From the NCBI GenBank assembly GCA_964352815.1, contig CAYGTO010000009.1:5012-69011 (forward strand): a stretch of 64,000 bases of DNA. The letters run 5' to 3'. The number at the start of each line of letters is the position of its first letter. Within the stretch, counting starts at the first letter, position 1. Shown piece after piece: positions 9,463 to 21,767 of the stretch. Below the pieces are notes generated by a model. That model saw only the letters and a program-made list of their open reading frames with translations. It was not told the origin of the DNA and ran no database searches. The translations under genes and the position numbers were made by a program. This stretch comes from an uncultured Azospirillaceae bacterium. Lineage in GTDB: Bacteria; Pseudomonadota; Alphaproteobacteria; Rickettsiales; UBA3002.

Positions 9463-9865
9463 TTTCTCTCTTCCCTTTCAGTTCCTCTATTTTTTCATCG
9501 TACGCTTCCAGAAAACTCTCAGCTAGCCATTCTGGAACTTCTAATTTTTGGAATACTTCCCTAACATCGCCAATAAAGTATCCCATATCATAATCTTTGA
9601 TGAAGAAAGCTTTCTCTAAACCAAGCTCGTCAGCTTCCCACCTATCAAAATTTTTTTCAGAGCTATCACCATTCGTTTGCATTCTAAAAAGAATCTTTGG
9701 ATATGTATCCCATATTCTCTTTTGCAAAGGAGTAAGCCCTGCCTCTAAATCACACTCCTCATCATAAACAAGGCATACATTTCTAAACTCTGCCGTGTTT
9801 GGTTTTATCAAGCCTCGCCAATCCTCAAAATCTGTAATGGGTTCGGCATTATCCGAGAACTTCAT
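9446..9865 (-). CDS. Hypothetical acidic protein
   Basis: 139-aa ORF filling the sucB-lpdA gap, starting 3 nt after the sucB stop and overlapping the lpdA start; visibly AT-richer than neighbours. Confidence 0.65.
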   Translation of the reverse strand: MKFSDNAEPITDFEDWRGLIKPNTAEFRNVCLVYDEECDLEAGLTPLQKRIWDTYPKILFRMQTNGDSSEKNFDRWEADELGLEKAFFIKDYDMGYFIGDVREVFQKLEVPEWLAESFLEAYDEKIEELKGKRENGRSV

Positions 9866-9868
9866 TTA

Positions 9869-11077
9869 TTACAGCGCCAAAATGAGACGGCGCGGATCTT
9901 CAATCGCTTCTTTGACTTTCACCAGGAAGGTCACCGATTCGCGGCCATCAATAATCCGGTGGTCATAGGACAGCGCGACATACATCATCGGGCGCGCCTG
10001 AATCGAACCATCCGGCATGACAACCGGGCGTTGCTCGGTTTTATGCATGCCGAGAATCCCTGATTGCGGCGGGTTCAGAATCGGCGTCGACATGAGCGAA
10101 CCATAGACACCGCCATTCGACACGGTGAAAGTACCACCCGTCATATCCGACATGGCGAGCTTACCATCACGCGCGGCAAGGGCCTTATCGGCAATATCTT
10201 GCTCAATCTGTGCGATCGATTTCTTGTCACAATCGCGAATCACTGGCACAACGAGGCCGCTTGGCGTGCCAACCGCAACGCCAATATCATAGTAGTTTTT
10301 ATAGATGATAGTATCGCCATCAATCTCGCCATTCACTTCCGGAATTTCCTGCAGCGCATGCACGGCCGCTTTGATAAAGAAACCCATAAAGCCAAGGCGC
10401 GTGCCGTGCTTTTTCTCGAAAGCGTCTTTGTACTCCTTACGAAGCTCGAGCACGTTGGTCATGTCAATTTCATTGAAAGTCGTCAGCGTCGCGGTGCTCT
10501 CCTGAGAATGCTTCAGGCGCTTCGCAATCACCTGACGCAGCTTCGACATCTTCACACGCTCTTCACGCGGCCCTTCCGCAGGGCGGACACTCATGCCGTT
10601 GCCATCTGTCAGCGCCTTCTGGATATCGCCCTTGGTATGGCGACCATCTTTGCCAGAAGCAGGTACGTTCGAAGGGTTCACAGCCGGATTTTCTGCAAGC
10701 ATCTTGTTTACGGCAGGGCCTGAATTTTTACCGCTTGCGGTACTTGCTACTGGTGCTGGCGCAGATGTCGGAGCTGGAGCCGCAGGGGCAGCCTCTTTTT
10801 TCTCTTCCTTCGCAGGCGCTGACGCATTGCCTGACGCACCCACTTCGATGGTGCCGAGTTTAGCGCCCACCTCCACCGTATCGTCCTCACCGGCAGCAAT
10901 GTCTTTGAGTGCGCCGGATGCCGGGGCATTCACCTCCATCGTCACCTTATCGGTTTCGAGTTCAACAATCGGCTCATCTTGCTGCACGGCATCACCGGGC
11001 TTCTTGAACCACTTAGCCACCACTGCTTCTGTGACAGACTCACCAAGAGTAGGGACGACAATATCTTCCGTTGCCAT
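9869..11077 (-). CDS. sucB: 2-oxoglutarate dehydrogenase E2 (dihydrolipoyl succinyltransferase)
   Basis: Lipoyl domain ELETDKV, catalytic [10 protein letters not shown]. Confidence 0.96.
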   Translation of the reverse strand: MATEDIVVPTLGESVTEAVVAKWFKKPGDAVQQDEPIVELETDKVTMEVNAPASGALKDIAAGEDDTVEVGAKLGTIEVGASGNASAPAKEEKKEAAPAAPAPTSAPAPVASTASGKNSGPAVNKMLAENPAVNPSNVPASGKDGRHTKGDIQKALTDGNGMSVRPAEGPREERVKMSKLRQVIAKRLKHSQESTATLTTFNEIDMTNVLELRKEYKDAFEKKHGTRLGFMGFFIKAAVHALQEIPEVNGEIDGDTIIYKNYYDIGVAVGTPSGLVVPVIRDCDKKSIAQIEQDIADKALAARDGKLAMSDMTGGTFTVSNGGVYGSLMSTPILNPPQSGILGMHKTEQRPVVMPDGSIQARPMMYVALSYDHRIIDGRESVTFLVKVKEAIEDPRRLILAL

Positions 11078-11086
11078 AGTTTCTCC

Positions 11087-14056
11087 TTATGACGCTTTAC
11101 GTTTGTTTGACTTAGGCTTCGCCCCTTTTTTCTTCGCTGGGATGGGCTGTTTTTTCGCTGCCGTTTTCTTTGCTGCCGTCGATGCTTTGGCCACTTTCTT
11201 AGCCGCGTTGCCACCGCCAATGGTCAGGGCACCATTAACCACCGCCTGCTGCTCTTGTTCATGAATTTTAAGATAGCCCACTGCTGGCGACGCGGCTTCG
11301 GGGCGGCCAATGTAAGCAATCTTCGGCTCGCGGCCCGCGTCTTTCATTGCATATTCGAATTTTGAGCGAATATAGTGCCATGCGCCCATATTTTTTGGCT
11401 CCTCCTGACACCATACCACCTCTGCGTTCGGGTAGCGCTTCAGCTGCTCAATCACCTCAGGGGCTGGGAAGGGGTAATATTGCTCTATGCGCACCAGAGC
11501 GGCATCTTTCTGCTTACTGGCACGGCGCTGCTCGAGCAAGTCATAATAAACCTTACCGCTGGTGAAAACGAGGCGCTTCACCTCCTTATCTGCCTTGAGC
11601 GCATCCACCTCAGGGATTACCCGTTTAAATCGACTATCTCCTGTAAAATCTTTGAGATCAGAGACGCAGAGCTTATGGCGCAACAACGACTTGGGTGTCA
11701 TCACAATCAGCGGCTTTCGATAATCGCGCTTGAGCTGGCGGCGCAGCGCGTGGAAGAAATTCGCCGGAGTGGTGCAATTGACAATCTGCATGTTATCTTC
11801 TGCGCACATTTGCAGGTAGCGCTCAAGGCGCGCCGAACTATGCTCCGGCCCTTGGCCCTCATACCCGTGGGGCAATAACATCACAAGCCCGGACATGCGC
11901 AGCCACTTAATTTCACCCGATGAGATAAACTGATCGACGATCATTTGCCCGCCATTAGCAAAATCGCCAAACTGGGCCTCCCACAACACGAGCGCATCCG
12001 GCTCAGCCTGCGAGTAACCATATTCAAAACCAAGAATCGCAAGCTCCGAGAGCGAGCTATTAATCACCTCATAATGCGCTTGCTTGTCTGAAATATTATT
12101 CAGCGGCGTGTATTTTTCTTCATTTTCCTGGTCATTTAACACCGAGTGCCGGTGAGAAAACGTGCCGCGCTCCGAATCTTGCCCGGAAAGCCGCACCGGG
12201 TAGCCTTCGTCAAGCAATGTGCCAAATGCCAACGCTTCGCCAAGACCCCAATCAATGCCCTTGCCAGAAGTGATCATTTCTTGCTTGGCTTTGAGCTGGC
12301 GAGCAATTTTTCGGTTAATATTGAACCCATCCGGCACTTCCGTCAGCCCTTTGACAACTTTCTCAATGCGCTTCTTATCAACGCCGGTTTTTGGCATCGC
12401 ATTGGCCGCCTCATCTGAGGCTTTCTTGCCCGACCATTTGCCTTCTAGCCACTCAGCCTTGTTCGGCTTGTAATTTTTACCTGCTTCAAAATCTTTCTCA
12501 AAACGCTTCTTGAAATCTGCATAACTCTTATCAAGATACGCCTGGTCGATCGTGCCTTCAGCGATCAGTTTATCCGCATAAATGATCGCCGGCGCCTTCT
12601 TCTTAGCAATCTCTTTGTACATTTTCGGCTGAGTAAACATGGGCTCATCCGATTCATTATGGCCATATTTACGATAACAAATCACATCCACCACAACATC
12701 ACGAGCAAACGCCTGGCGAAACTCAGTTGCCAGACGACAGACCGCTATCAGCGCTTCAGGGTCTTCACCATTCACATGGAAAATTGGTGCTTGCACCATT
12801 TTCGCGACATCCGATGGGTAAGGCGTAAAACGTGAGAAACGCGGCGCCGTAGTGAACCCAATCTGGTTATTAACAATAACATGTACCGTACCGCCCGTGC
12901 GATAGCCACGCAACTCACTGAGCGACAATGTTTCCGGAACCGAGCCTTGCCCCGCAAATGCTGCGTCTCCATGCAGCTGTAGGCCCATCACCTTTTCGCG
13001 CGCCTTATCTAACATTTGATCTTGCTTTGCACGCACCTTACCGCACACGACAGGATTCACCGCTTCCAAATGTGACGGATTCGCTGTGAGCGAGAGGTGT
13101 AGCTGCTTACCATTAGGCATATCACGATCATGCGACGCGCCAAGGTGATATTTCACATCGCCCGATGATTTCACCGACTCGGGGAAGTCCAGATTTCCGT
13201 GGAACAGGGACAGAAGCTCCGCATAAGGCTTGCCCATGGTTTTGGTCAACACATTCATGCGGCCGCGGTGCGGCATACCGATAACAATCTCTTCAACACC
13301 CACTTCAGATGCTTTTTGCATGATCGCCTCAAGCCCAGCTATCGCCGCGTCACCGCCTTGAATCGAGAAACGCTTCATACCGGGATATTTGACCTGCAAG
13401 AATTCTTCAAACGCGTCAACCTCGATCAAATTGCCTAAAATTTCTTTCTTCTCTCCCGCTGATAAGCCAAAATTACCACGCATCGCCTCAATCCGATCAC
13501 GCAACCAATCTTTCTGATCTGGATACTGAATATGCATATACTCAAAGCCAATGTGGCCACAATAGGTCTCACGTAGAATCTGCAGAATCTCAGCTACGGT
13601 CGCACTGTTGCGGCCAAAGGTGTTGTCGAGATAAATTTCACGAGTCATATCTTCTGGGCCAAAGCCATATGTCGCCGGGTCAAGCTCGCGATGAATTTGT
13701 TTTTCCTCTAGATGCAGCGGGTCAAGCTCCGCGAGCAAGTGGCCGCGCGTTCGATACGCATGGATCAGCTGAAAAATGCGCACGCCATCAGAAAGGCTTT
13801 TGGCATCCACGGGGCCGCCCTTGGCTGATTTCTGGGGCACCTCTGTTAGTGCCTCTGGATCAATCGCGCCAATCACCGCGCCCAAATCTTCGCCCCACGA
13901 CGCCTCACTAGGCGCCGCGTCGCCTAATTCCCTAAAAAATGATTGCCATTCCTGAGAAACAGACGCGGGACTTTGCAGGTACCGCTCATAAAGCTCTTCG
14001 ATAAACTGCGCGTTCGCCGCAGACAAATGTGCATCGCGTGCATATTGATCAGACAT
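11087..14056 (-). CDS. sucA: 2-oxoglutarate dehydrogenase E1
   Basis: GMPHRGRMN, HGDAAFAGQG TPP motif, GPEHSSARLER. Confidence 0.96.
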   Translation of the reverse strand: MSDQYARDAHLSAANAQFIEELYERYLQSPASVSQEWQSFFRELGDAAPSEASWGEDLGAVIGAIDPEALTEVPQKSAKGGPVDAKSLSDGVRIFQLIHAYRTRGHLLAELDPLHLEEKQIHRELDPATYGFGPEDMTREIYLDNTFGRNSATVAEILQILRETYCGHIGFEYMHIQYPDQKDWLRDRIEAMRGNFGLSAGEKKEILGNLIEVDAFEEFLQVKYPGMKRFSIQGGDAAIAGLEAIMQKASEVGVEEIVIGMPHRGRMNVLTKTMGKPYAELLSLFHGNLDFPESVKSSGDVKYHLGASHDRDMPNGKQLHLSLTANPSHLEAVNPVVCGKVRAKQDQMLDKAREKVMGLQLHGDAAFAGQGSVPETLSLSELRGYRTGGTVHVIVNNQIGFTTAPRFSRFTPYPSDVAKMVQAPIFHVNGEDPEALIAVCRLATEFRQAFARDVVVDVICYRKYGHNESDEPMFTQPKMYKEIAKKKAPAIIYADKLIAEGTIDQAYLDKSYADFKKRFEKDFEAGKNYKPNKAEWLEGKWSGKKASDEAANAMPKTGVDKKRIEKVVKGLTEVPDGFNINRKIARQLKAKQEMITSGKGIDWGLGEALAFGTLLDEGYPVRLSGQDSERGTFSHRHSVLNDQENEEKYTPLNNISDKQAHYEVINSSLSELAILGFEYGYSQAEPDALVLWEAQFGDFANGGQMIVDQFISSGEIKWLRMSGLVMLLPHGYEGQGPEHSSARLERYLQMCAEDNMQIVNCTTPANFFHALRRQLKRDYRKPLIVMTPKSLLRHKLCVSDLKDFTGDSRFKRVIPEVDALKADKEVKRLVFTSGKVYYDLLEQRRASKQKDAALVRIEQYYPFPAPEVIEQLKRYPNAEVVWCQEEPKNMGAWHYIRSKFEYAMKDAGREPKIAYIGRPEAASPAVGYLKIHEQEQQAVVNGALTIGGGNAAKKVAKASTAAKKTAAKKQPIPAKKKGAKPKSNKRKAS

Positions 14057-14134
14057 GACGCCTTCCCGTATTTTTCTTGTTATGTCCCTTTTCTACTGCC
14101 TCACACTGACAAGGCAAGCAAAATCCGATGTGCC

Positions 14135-15004
14135 CTACGCCGCCTCTTTGAGCGTCTTGCCGAGCGCAGCCGGGGAATCAGAAACATGAATCCCGGCTGA
14201 CTTCATCGCTTCGATCTTATCTTCTGCACCACCTTTGCCGCCAGAAACGATTGCCCCCGCATGGCCCATGCGTCGGCCCGGAGGCGCTGTGCGGCCTGCC
14301 ACAAACCCTACAATTGGCTTTTTGGTTTTGGAATCCTTAATGAACTGAGCTGCTTGCTCTTCTGCATCACCGCCTATCTCCCCGATCATGATCACCGCAT
14401 CGGTCTCATTATCCGCAAGGAACAGCTCGAGCACATCCACAAAATTCGTGCCATTCACTGGGTCACCGCCAATTCCGACGCAAGTCGACTGACCGTACCC
14501 CTCGGCAGAGGTTTGCGCCACTGCCTCATAGGTCAGCGTGCCCGAACGTGACAGAATGCCAACGCGGCCCTTTTTGTGAATATGGCCCGGCATAATACCG
14601 ATCTTGCACTCATCCGGCGTGATCACGCCTGGGCAGTTTGGCCCGATCAGGCGCGTCTTCGAACCTTTCAGCATGCGCTTCACTCTCACCATATCGAGGA
14701 CCGGGATACCTTCGGTGATACAAATTGCCAACTCAATCTCCGCATCGACTGCCTCACCGATCGCATCTGCTGCAAAGCGCGGAGGCACGTAGATCACCGA
14801 TGCATTGGCGCCGGTTAACTCTTTGGCCTCTGCTACCGTATCAAACACAGGAAGATCGAGGTGCTTCTGCCCACCCTTGCCAGGGGTTACGCCGCCCACC
14901 ATCTGGGTGCCATAAGCAATCGCCTGCTCACTGTGATAGGTGCCTTCGCGCCCGGTAAAACCCTGACAAATGACCTTGGTGTCTTTATTAATTAGAATAC
15001 TCAT
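14135..15004 (-). CDS. sucD: Succinyl-CoA synthetase alpha subunit
   Basis: [22 protein letters not shown]. Confidence 0.96.
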   Translation of the reverse strand: MSILINKDTKVICQGFTGREGTYHSEQAIAYGTQMVGGVTPGKGGQKHLDLPVFDTVAEAKELTGANASVIYVPPRFAADAIGEAVDAEIELAICITEGIPVLDMVRVKRMLKGSKTRLIGPNCPGVITPDECKIGIMPGHIHKKGRVGILSRSGTLTYEAVAQTSAEGYGQSTCVGIGGDPVNGTNFVDVLELFLADNETDAVIMIGEIGGDAEEQAAQFIKDSKTKKPIVGFVAGRTAPPGRRMGHAGAIVSGGKGGAEDKIEAMKSAGIHVSDSPAALGKTLKEAA

Positions 15005-15015
15005 GCTGCTCTCCC

Positions 15016-16191
15016 CTACGCTGCTGCCGCGCCCTTAACGGCGCTCACAATTTTCTCTGCGGCATCGGCCAGATTGTCTGCCGGCGTGATTGCCAGCCCC
15101 GATGTTGCCATCATTTTCTTACCCAACTCAACATTGGTCCCTTCAAGGCGCACCACCAAGGGCACGCTTAGGCTGACTTCTTTCGCAGCCGAAATAACAC
15201 CCTCCGCGATAATATCACAGCGCATAATGCCACCAAAAATATTCACCAGCACGCCCTCAACATTCGGGTCAGACAAAATCAGCTTAAAGGCCTCGGTTAC
15301 TTTCTCTTTGGTCGCGCCACCGCCCACATCGAGGAAGTTCGCCGGCTCACTGCCATAGAGCTTGATGATGTCCATCGTTGCCATCGCCAAGCCCGCACCA
15401 TTTACCATGCAGCCAATATTGCCGTCCATTTTAACGTAAGCGAGGTCATGCTTACCTGCCTCTAGCTCAAGCGGATCTTCTTCATCTTCGTCGCGCATTT
15501 CGGCGACTTCCGGCTGACGGAAGAAGGCGTTATCATCGAAATTAAACTTCGCATCGAGTGCAATCAAATTATTCTGCTTGGTGATTACAAGAGGATTGAT
15601 CTCCACCTGAGACGCATCCGTATCGACAAACGCGTTGTAAATACCGAAGACAAACTTCTGGAACTCACCCATCAGCTCCTTCGGCACACCCATACCGAAC
15701 CCCAATTTACGCGCATGGAACGGCATGATGCCCGTCGACGGGTCAACCGTTGCCATAATAATCTTCTCCGGCGTTTTCGCGGCCACCTCTTCAATGTCCA
15801 CACCGCCCTCAAACGAGCCCATGAAGGTCACTTGCGAGTTACCGCGATCAACCACTGCCGAAAGATACAGCTCTTCCGCAATGTCTGATCCCTCTTCAAT
15901 GTAGACACGCTTAACCTCTCTTCCTTCCGGGCCGGTCTGATGGGTGACCAGCGTCATACCAAGCATTTCTTTGGTCAGCTGCTCGACTTCATTGAGCGAT
16001 TTTGCCAGCTTGACGCCGCCGGCCTTGCCGCGGCCACCCGCGTGGATCTGCGCCTTAACAACAAACAGCTTGCCGCCCAGATCCTGCGCTGCGCTCACCG
16101 CTTCGGCTGGCGTGTAGGCTACCTTGCCGCGCGGCACCGCCACACCATATTTGCTTAAAACTGTTTTCGCTTGGTATTCATGGATGTTCAT
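15016..16191 (-). CDS. sucC: Succinyl-CoA synthetase beta subunit
   Basis: [34 protein letters not shown]. Confidence 0.96.
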   Translation of the reverse strand: MNIHEYQAKTVLSKYGVAVPRGKVAYTPAEAVSAAQDLGGKLFVVKAQIHAGGRGKAGGVKLAKSLNEVEQLTKEMLGMTLVTHQTGPEGREVKRVYIEEGSDIAEELYLSAVVDRGNSQVTFMGSFEGGVDIEEVAAKTPEKIIMATVDPSTGIMPFHARKLGFGMGVPKELMGEFQKFVFGIYNAFVDTDASQVEINPLVITKQNNLIALDAKFNFDDNAFFRQPEVAEMRDEDEEDPLELEAGKHDLAYVKMDGNIGCMVNGAGLAMATMDIIKLYGSEPANFLDVGGGATKEKVTEAFKLILSDPNVEGVLVNIFGGIMRCDIIAEGVISAAKEVSLSVPLVVRLEGTNVELGKKMMATSGLAITPADNLADAAEKIVSAVKGAAAA

Positions 16192-16201
16192 AGGTGCTCC
16201 C

Positions 16202-17188
<987 letters not shown>

Positions 17189-17307
17189 TTATAAGGATTT
17201 TTGGGCTAAACGCAAGCGGAAGCTCTGGCTTAATCACCTGACAGGTCGGCTGGGATATGTCTGTCAGCACAGCCGAACCCCTTGGTTTTAACACTAAAAC
17301 AGGGCGA

Positions 17308-17363
17308 TTGTCATAAAACCTTCATATTTTTGTCATACAGCCGACATGTTGGTGCGCCATAGT
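17308..17363 (+). promoter_or_regulatory. Pho-box-like direct repeat array plus -10-like hexamer
   Basis: TTGTCAT (17308), CCTTCAT (17319), TTGTCAT (17330), CCGACAT (17341) at exact 11-bp spacing, then 10 bp, then CATAGT. Confidence 0.65.
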
Positions 17364-17381
17364 ATGGCTGGGATAGTGTGT

Positions 17382-18536
17382 ATGAATAAACCATTGAACA
17401 ATTTAGAGAAAAAGGGCGCCGCTGAAGAGGCGTCACGCGGCACGCTTGATAAGCTTCGCTATCGAGTCATTCATGCTGCCCCAATGGCTGTGGCAAATAG
17501 CTCTGTTTTCATCAATAGCGCCATCAGAATCGCTGCTGAAATCATGATGTTCAAAGCCTCTGGCCTTAAGTTTTTCGAAAACAGGCGTGGTGGCGACAAA
17601 GTTAATTACCTTATCGACCCACCCCATAATCTGTTTCGAACCGTCACAGGAATTGGAAAGAAATACGACCCTCTCGCCAACAGGTGGTCAACTCGCTCTA
17701 CTGCGTCGGGATTTTCTTCTTATATCTTAGGCTCCATCATTCCAGAAACAAAGATTAAAGAAAAACTCCAAAAGGACGCGGACGGGTCAACCGAGTGCGT
17801 AAAGCTATACTCACTCTCGCTGCCTGCGGACTGCGCAGAGTTTGACGGCTCTCCTGTTGCGTATGTTGGCCAAAAGCTGTTCAAAGCCGTCCAGCTGGGC
17901 AACCCTGACACAGTAAGGGAGCAAATGGGTCTTGGGGTCACCAGTGCAGGAATATTTTCTGTCATCGCCGGACTTAACAACATCAGCAAAGGGCCCAAGC
18001 TCTCTACATATAAATCTGGGGCACTTAAAGGGCAAGAATACATAAAGCTTGCGAGTGGGCTGGAATATGTAGAAAGACTAGTCCGCTGGTCCAAAAATAT
18101 TCCTCGCGGCGGAAAGTTCATCAATTGGTCACAATCACTCGGGGCATTATTCACAACGGGGGCTGGGCTCTCTTTATTGTTCGAGCCGGAAGACCGAGAA
18201 GGGTGGAAAAAATTTGGCGCCGTTGAGATGGCAAGCCTACCGATTGTTCTATTGTCATGCTACAACAAACACCAAGGAAACGACTTAGCAATGGAGTATT
18301 TTTCAGGGAAAATGTTGTTTCAGTTAGGTGCCGTTTACTCATATTTATTTGGCGGTGTCGAAAAGCTGCAAGACGGCACTATTTTGGATAATGGTAAATT
18401 CCTTGTCCAGCGCGAAGATGGCTCCATCTGCCATATTGATAGAGACCTTAAAAGGAAGCCCGCTTCCTTGATCGATACAAAACAGCTTTCAATCGAGAGC
18501 GCTGCCTCTGAGAAGCCCGAACCCAAGCGCGCCTAA
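17382..18536 (+). CDS. Hypothetical membrane protein (orphan)
   Basis: Long ORF with several hydrophobic Gly-rich segments; no family motif recognised; start uncertain (17346, 17364 or 17382). Confidence 0.7.
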   Translation: MNKPLNNLEKKGAAEEASRGTLDKLRYRVIHAAPMAVANSSVFINSAIRIAAEIMMFKASGLKFFENRRGGDKVNYLIDPPHNLFRTVTGIGKKYDPLANRWSTRSTASGFSSYILGSIIPETKIKEKLQKDADGSTECVKLYSLSLPADCAEFDGSPVAYVGQKLFKAVQLGNPDTVREQMGLGVTSAGIFSVIAGLNNISKGPKLSTYKSGALKGQEYIKLASGLEYVERLVRWSKNIPRGGKFINWSQSLGALFTTGAGLSLLFEPEDREGWKKFGAVEMASLPIVLLSCYNKHQGNDLAMEYFSGKMLFQLGAVYSYLFGGVEKLQDGTILDNGKFLVQREDGSICHIDRDLKRKPASLIDTKQLSIESAASEKPEPKRA

Positions 18537-19792
18537 CTATTCATCGTGTCGAAGAACTCATCATTGGTCTTCGTGCCCTTCATCTTATCGAGCAAGAATT
18601 CCATCGCATCCATCGTGCCCATCGGGTTGAGAATCTTTCTAAGCACCCAGACTTTCGACATTTCCTCTTGAGAATAGAGCAAATCTTCCTTCCGCGTGCC
18701 CGATTTGGTGATGTCAATCGCCGGGTAAATACGTTTATCCGCCAGTTTGCGATCGAGAATAATCTCTGAGTTACCCGTTCCCTTGAATTCCTCAAAAATT
18801 ACCTCATCCATGCGTGAACCGGTTTCGATTAGCGCGGTCGAGATAATCGTCAGTGAGCCGCCATGCTCGATGTTACGCGCCGCGCCAAAAAAGCGCTTAG
18901 GACGCTGAAGGGCATTCGCATCAACCCCACCGGTCAATACTTTCCCTGAAGAAGGGATCACGGTGTTATAGGCACGGGCCAAGCGGGTGATCGAATCGAG
19001 CAGAATCACCACATCTTTTTTATGTTCCACCAGGCGTTTTGATTTCTCAATGACCATTTCGGCAAGCGCGACATGGCGATGCGCCGGCTCATCAAAGGTC
19101 GAGCTAACCACTTCGCCTTTTACGCTGCGCGACATGTCTGTCACCTCCTCTGGGCGCTCATCGATGAGAAGCACAATCAGGAAGGCATCAGGATGATTCG
19201 CCGTAATCGAGTGCGCTATGTTTTGCAGCATCACGGTTTTACCGGTACGCGGCGGCGCGACAACAAGGGTTCTCTGTCCCTTTCCTTGCGGTGAAATCAG
19301 ATCAATCACCCGCGAGCTTAAATCTTTTTCTGATGTTGGATCATCCGACTCCATGCGTATCCGCTCGTCGGGATAAAGCGGAGTCAAATTATCGAACGCA
19401 ACCTTATGTTTCGAGCGTTCGGGTTCTTCGAAGTTGATCTTATTAAGCTTAACGAGAGCAAAATAGCGCTCAGAATCTTTCGGTGCGCGCACTTCACCTT
19501 CGATCGTATCACCTGTGCGCAGCCCAAATTTACGGATTTGGCTGGGAGAAACATAAATATCATCAGGCCCCGCAAGATAGTTCGCATCGGGAGACCGCAG
19601 GAATCCAAACCCGTCCTGCAAGACTTCAATCACACCTTCGCCTATAATTACTTGATCCTGCTCTGCCATCTGCTTGAGAATGGCAAACACCATCTCTTGC
19701 TTTAGCATTGAGCTAGCATTTTCAACTTCATACTCCTCGGCAATTTCGAGAAGTTCGTCAGGTTTTTTACTTTTGAGGTCATTCAGACGCAT
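18533..19792 (-). CDS. rho: Transcription termination factor Rho
   Basis: [34 protein letters not shown]. Confidence 0.97.
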   Translation of the reverse strand: MRLNDLKSKKPDELLEIAEEYEVENASSMLKQEMVFAILKQMAEQDQVIIGEGVIEVLQDGFGFLRSPDANYLAGPDDIYVSPSQIRKFGLRTGDTIEGEVRAPKDSERYFALVKLNKINFEEPERSKHKVAFDNLTPLYPDERIRMESDDPTSEKDLSSRVIDLISPQGKGQRTLVVAPPRTGKTVMLQNIAHSITANHPDAFLIVLLIDERPEEVTDMSRSVKGEVVSSTFDEPAHRHVALAEMVIEKSKRLVEHKKDVVILLDSITRLARAYNTVIPSSGKVLTGGVDANALQRPKRFFGAARNIEHGGSLTIISTALIETGSRMDEVIFEEFKGTGNSEIILDRKLADKRIYPAIDITKSGTRKEDLLYSQEEMSKVWVLRKILNPMGTMDAMEFLLDKMKGTKTNDEFFDTMNS

Positions 19793-19909
19793 GGGGAATC
19801 CTTGGGATAGATAATAAAGTGAGGTATGTCAGTGGAACGCAGAAATGCGGGAGCTAATGCTCTTTGCATTAGTCTTATGGGTTTTTCTCTACGAAGTCAA
19901 GCGTTTAAA

Positions 19910-20347
19910 CTAAAAGGGCTTAAACACGACCAAGACAATGATGCCAATCAAGAGGATTGTGGGTGCTTCGTTGAAGTAGCGGTAGAACTTTGCAGTGCGT
20001 TTATTTTCATCACGCTCGAATTTTTTACGCATACCGGCCATCATACCGTGAGATGCGGACATCAGTAACACCAATACGGTTTTTGCATGAAGCCAGCCAC
20101 CTGTACCAGGTGCGCCGTAGCCCGTGATAACCACGAGCCAAATGCCAATTACCCAGGTGGCGATCATCGCCGGGTTCATAATGTAACGCAGGAGTTTTTT
20201 CTCCATGGTTTTCAGTGTTTCAGAGAGCTGACTCTTTTTCTTGGCATCGGCATGATACACAAAGAGGCGCGGCAGGTAAAAAAGTCCAGCCATCCACGCA
20301 GTAAAGGCAATGATATGAAGTGTTTTCGCTAGCAAATAGATATCCAT
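19910..20347 (-). CDS. hemJ: Protoporphyrinogen oxidase HemJ
   Basis: WMAGLFYLPRLFVYH, FNEAPT, VVFKPF. Confidence 0.92.
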   Translation of the reverse strand: MDIYLLAKTLHIIAFTAWMAGLFYLPRLFVYHADAKKKSQLSETLKTMEKKLLRYIMNPAMIATWVIGIWLVVITGYGAPGTGGWLHAKTVLVLLMSASHGMMAGMRKKFERDENKRTAKFYRYFNEAPTILLIGIIVLVVFKPF

Positions 20348-20352
20348 GGTTC

Positions 20353-21381
20353 TTAGTCTCTTTTGAAATTGCGTATGGTTTCTAGCGCCGCCATCACATG
20401 CTCGATCGGCGTATGGGGCAAAATGCCATGGCCCAAATTAAAGATAAAGGGATCATCCCCCAGCGTTTGCAAAATCACGTTCGTTTGTGCTACCGCGTCG
20501 TCTTTGTGTGACGCCAGCAACACAGGGTCGAGATTTCCCTGTATCATGCAACGCGGTTGAATTTCTTTTTTCAGCCATTGTAAGTCTGCAGAATAATCCA
20601 CGCCCACCACGTCAGGTTTTACGCTTTCAATGTAATGCGGCAAGGTTGAACCCAGCCCTTTCGGAAAAGCGATAAAGGGAATGTCAGGATATTCAGCCTT
20701 CAAAGCATTCTTAATTTTGACAGCAGGCTGAATGCAATACATTTCAAGCTGTTGCGGGCTGACAAGGTTAGCCCAACTATCAAAAAGCTGAATCGCTTGG
20801 GCCCCTGCTTCAATCTGCATTTTCAAATAGGTAATGGTGGATTGCATCACCTGGTCAATCAACTGACCAAACCATTCTGGGTTTGCGTAGGCAAGGCCGC
20901 GCGCAACAGCAAAGTCTTTCGAACCCGCCCCTTGGGTCATATAGCATGCTACTGTCCATGGCGCTCCGGCAAAACCAATCAGATCTGTGCCTTCAGGGAG
21001 TTCTTTTCTCACACGTGAAACGGTGTCTGCCACTGGTTTCAAATGAGACTGGATTTTCTCTTGGTCATGCTCAAGCATCGTCCCAGGAAACAACGCTTCC
21101 AGCTTCGGACCTTCTCCTTTAACGAACTCTACCTTCTGGCCCATCGCGTCTGGAATCACGAGAATATCAGAAAACAAAATAGCCGCATCAAACCCAAATC
21201 GCCGAATTGGCTGTAGGGTCACATCTGCCGCCCGCATAGGGTCATAGCAAAGCTCTAAAAACCCGCCGGTCTGTTCTCTTACCCTTCGATATTCAGGAAG
21301 GTATCGCCCCGCTTGGCGCATGAACCACACAGGCACATCACGGCCTTCCTTTTTTTGAATTGTCTCTAGGTAGCGTCCCAT
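20353..21381 (-). CDS. hemE: Uroporphyrinogen decarboxylase
   Basis: PVWFMRQAGRYLPEY, FNLGHGI. Confidence 0.95.
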   Translation of the reverse strand: MGRYLETIQKKEGRDVPVWFMRQAGRYLPEYRRVREQTGGFLELCYDPMRAADVTLQPIRRFGFDAAILFSDILVIPDAMGQKVEFVKGEGPKLEALFPGTMLEHDQEKIQSHLKPVADTVSRVRKELPEGTDLIGFAGAPWTVACYMTQGAGSKDFAVARGLAYANPEWFGQLIDQVMQSTITYLKMQIEAGAQAIQLFDSWANLVSPQQLEMYCIQPAVKIKNALKAEYPDIPFIAFPKGLGSTLPHYIESVKPDVVGVDYSADLQWLKKEIQPRCMIQGNLDPVLLASHKDDAVAQTNVILQTLGDDPFIFNLGHGILPHTPIEHVMAALETIRNFKRD

Positions 21382-21767
21382 AGGGTGAGGCCTCTCATTT
21401 CGTGCTTACTATAAATAATATAAAAATAATAAAAGGAAATAGTAGTAATTAGTAGGGGCAAGAGAGATGGGGATTCTTTTTTGTGCAGACACCTGTTCCG
21501 GGCTTGTTCACATGATGATTAAGAAGAAAAGAAATGCAGGGAGAAAAAGAACAGCCAATTGAAAAAAACGGATAAAAAAGAGAAGGAAGATGTGAAATAA
21601 CCAAGGGTATAACAGGAAAATTACTAGCTCTGAAAACAAGGGGTGCTTAGACTGTCCCCATGTGAAAAGAAATGAGGAAACCAGTCAAATGACAGTGGTA
21701 TAGGCATGAATAACTAAGAGAGAAAATGTATCGACTGATCTATCCGATCAATTATGCACAGAGACAT
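21382..21767. other. Putative chromosomal replication origin (oriC)
   Basis: AT-rich gap between divergent hemE and DUF299 genes (Caulobacter/Rickettsia ori context); DnaA-box-like TTATGCACA (21752) and TTGTTCACA (about 21504); gene orientation flips here. Confidence 0.7.

Noticed and set aside
21007-21022. parS-like TCTCACACGTGAAACG inside hemE
   Set aside because: Only one half matches TGTTTCACGTGAAACA and it lies in coding sequence
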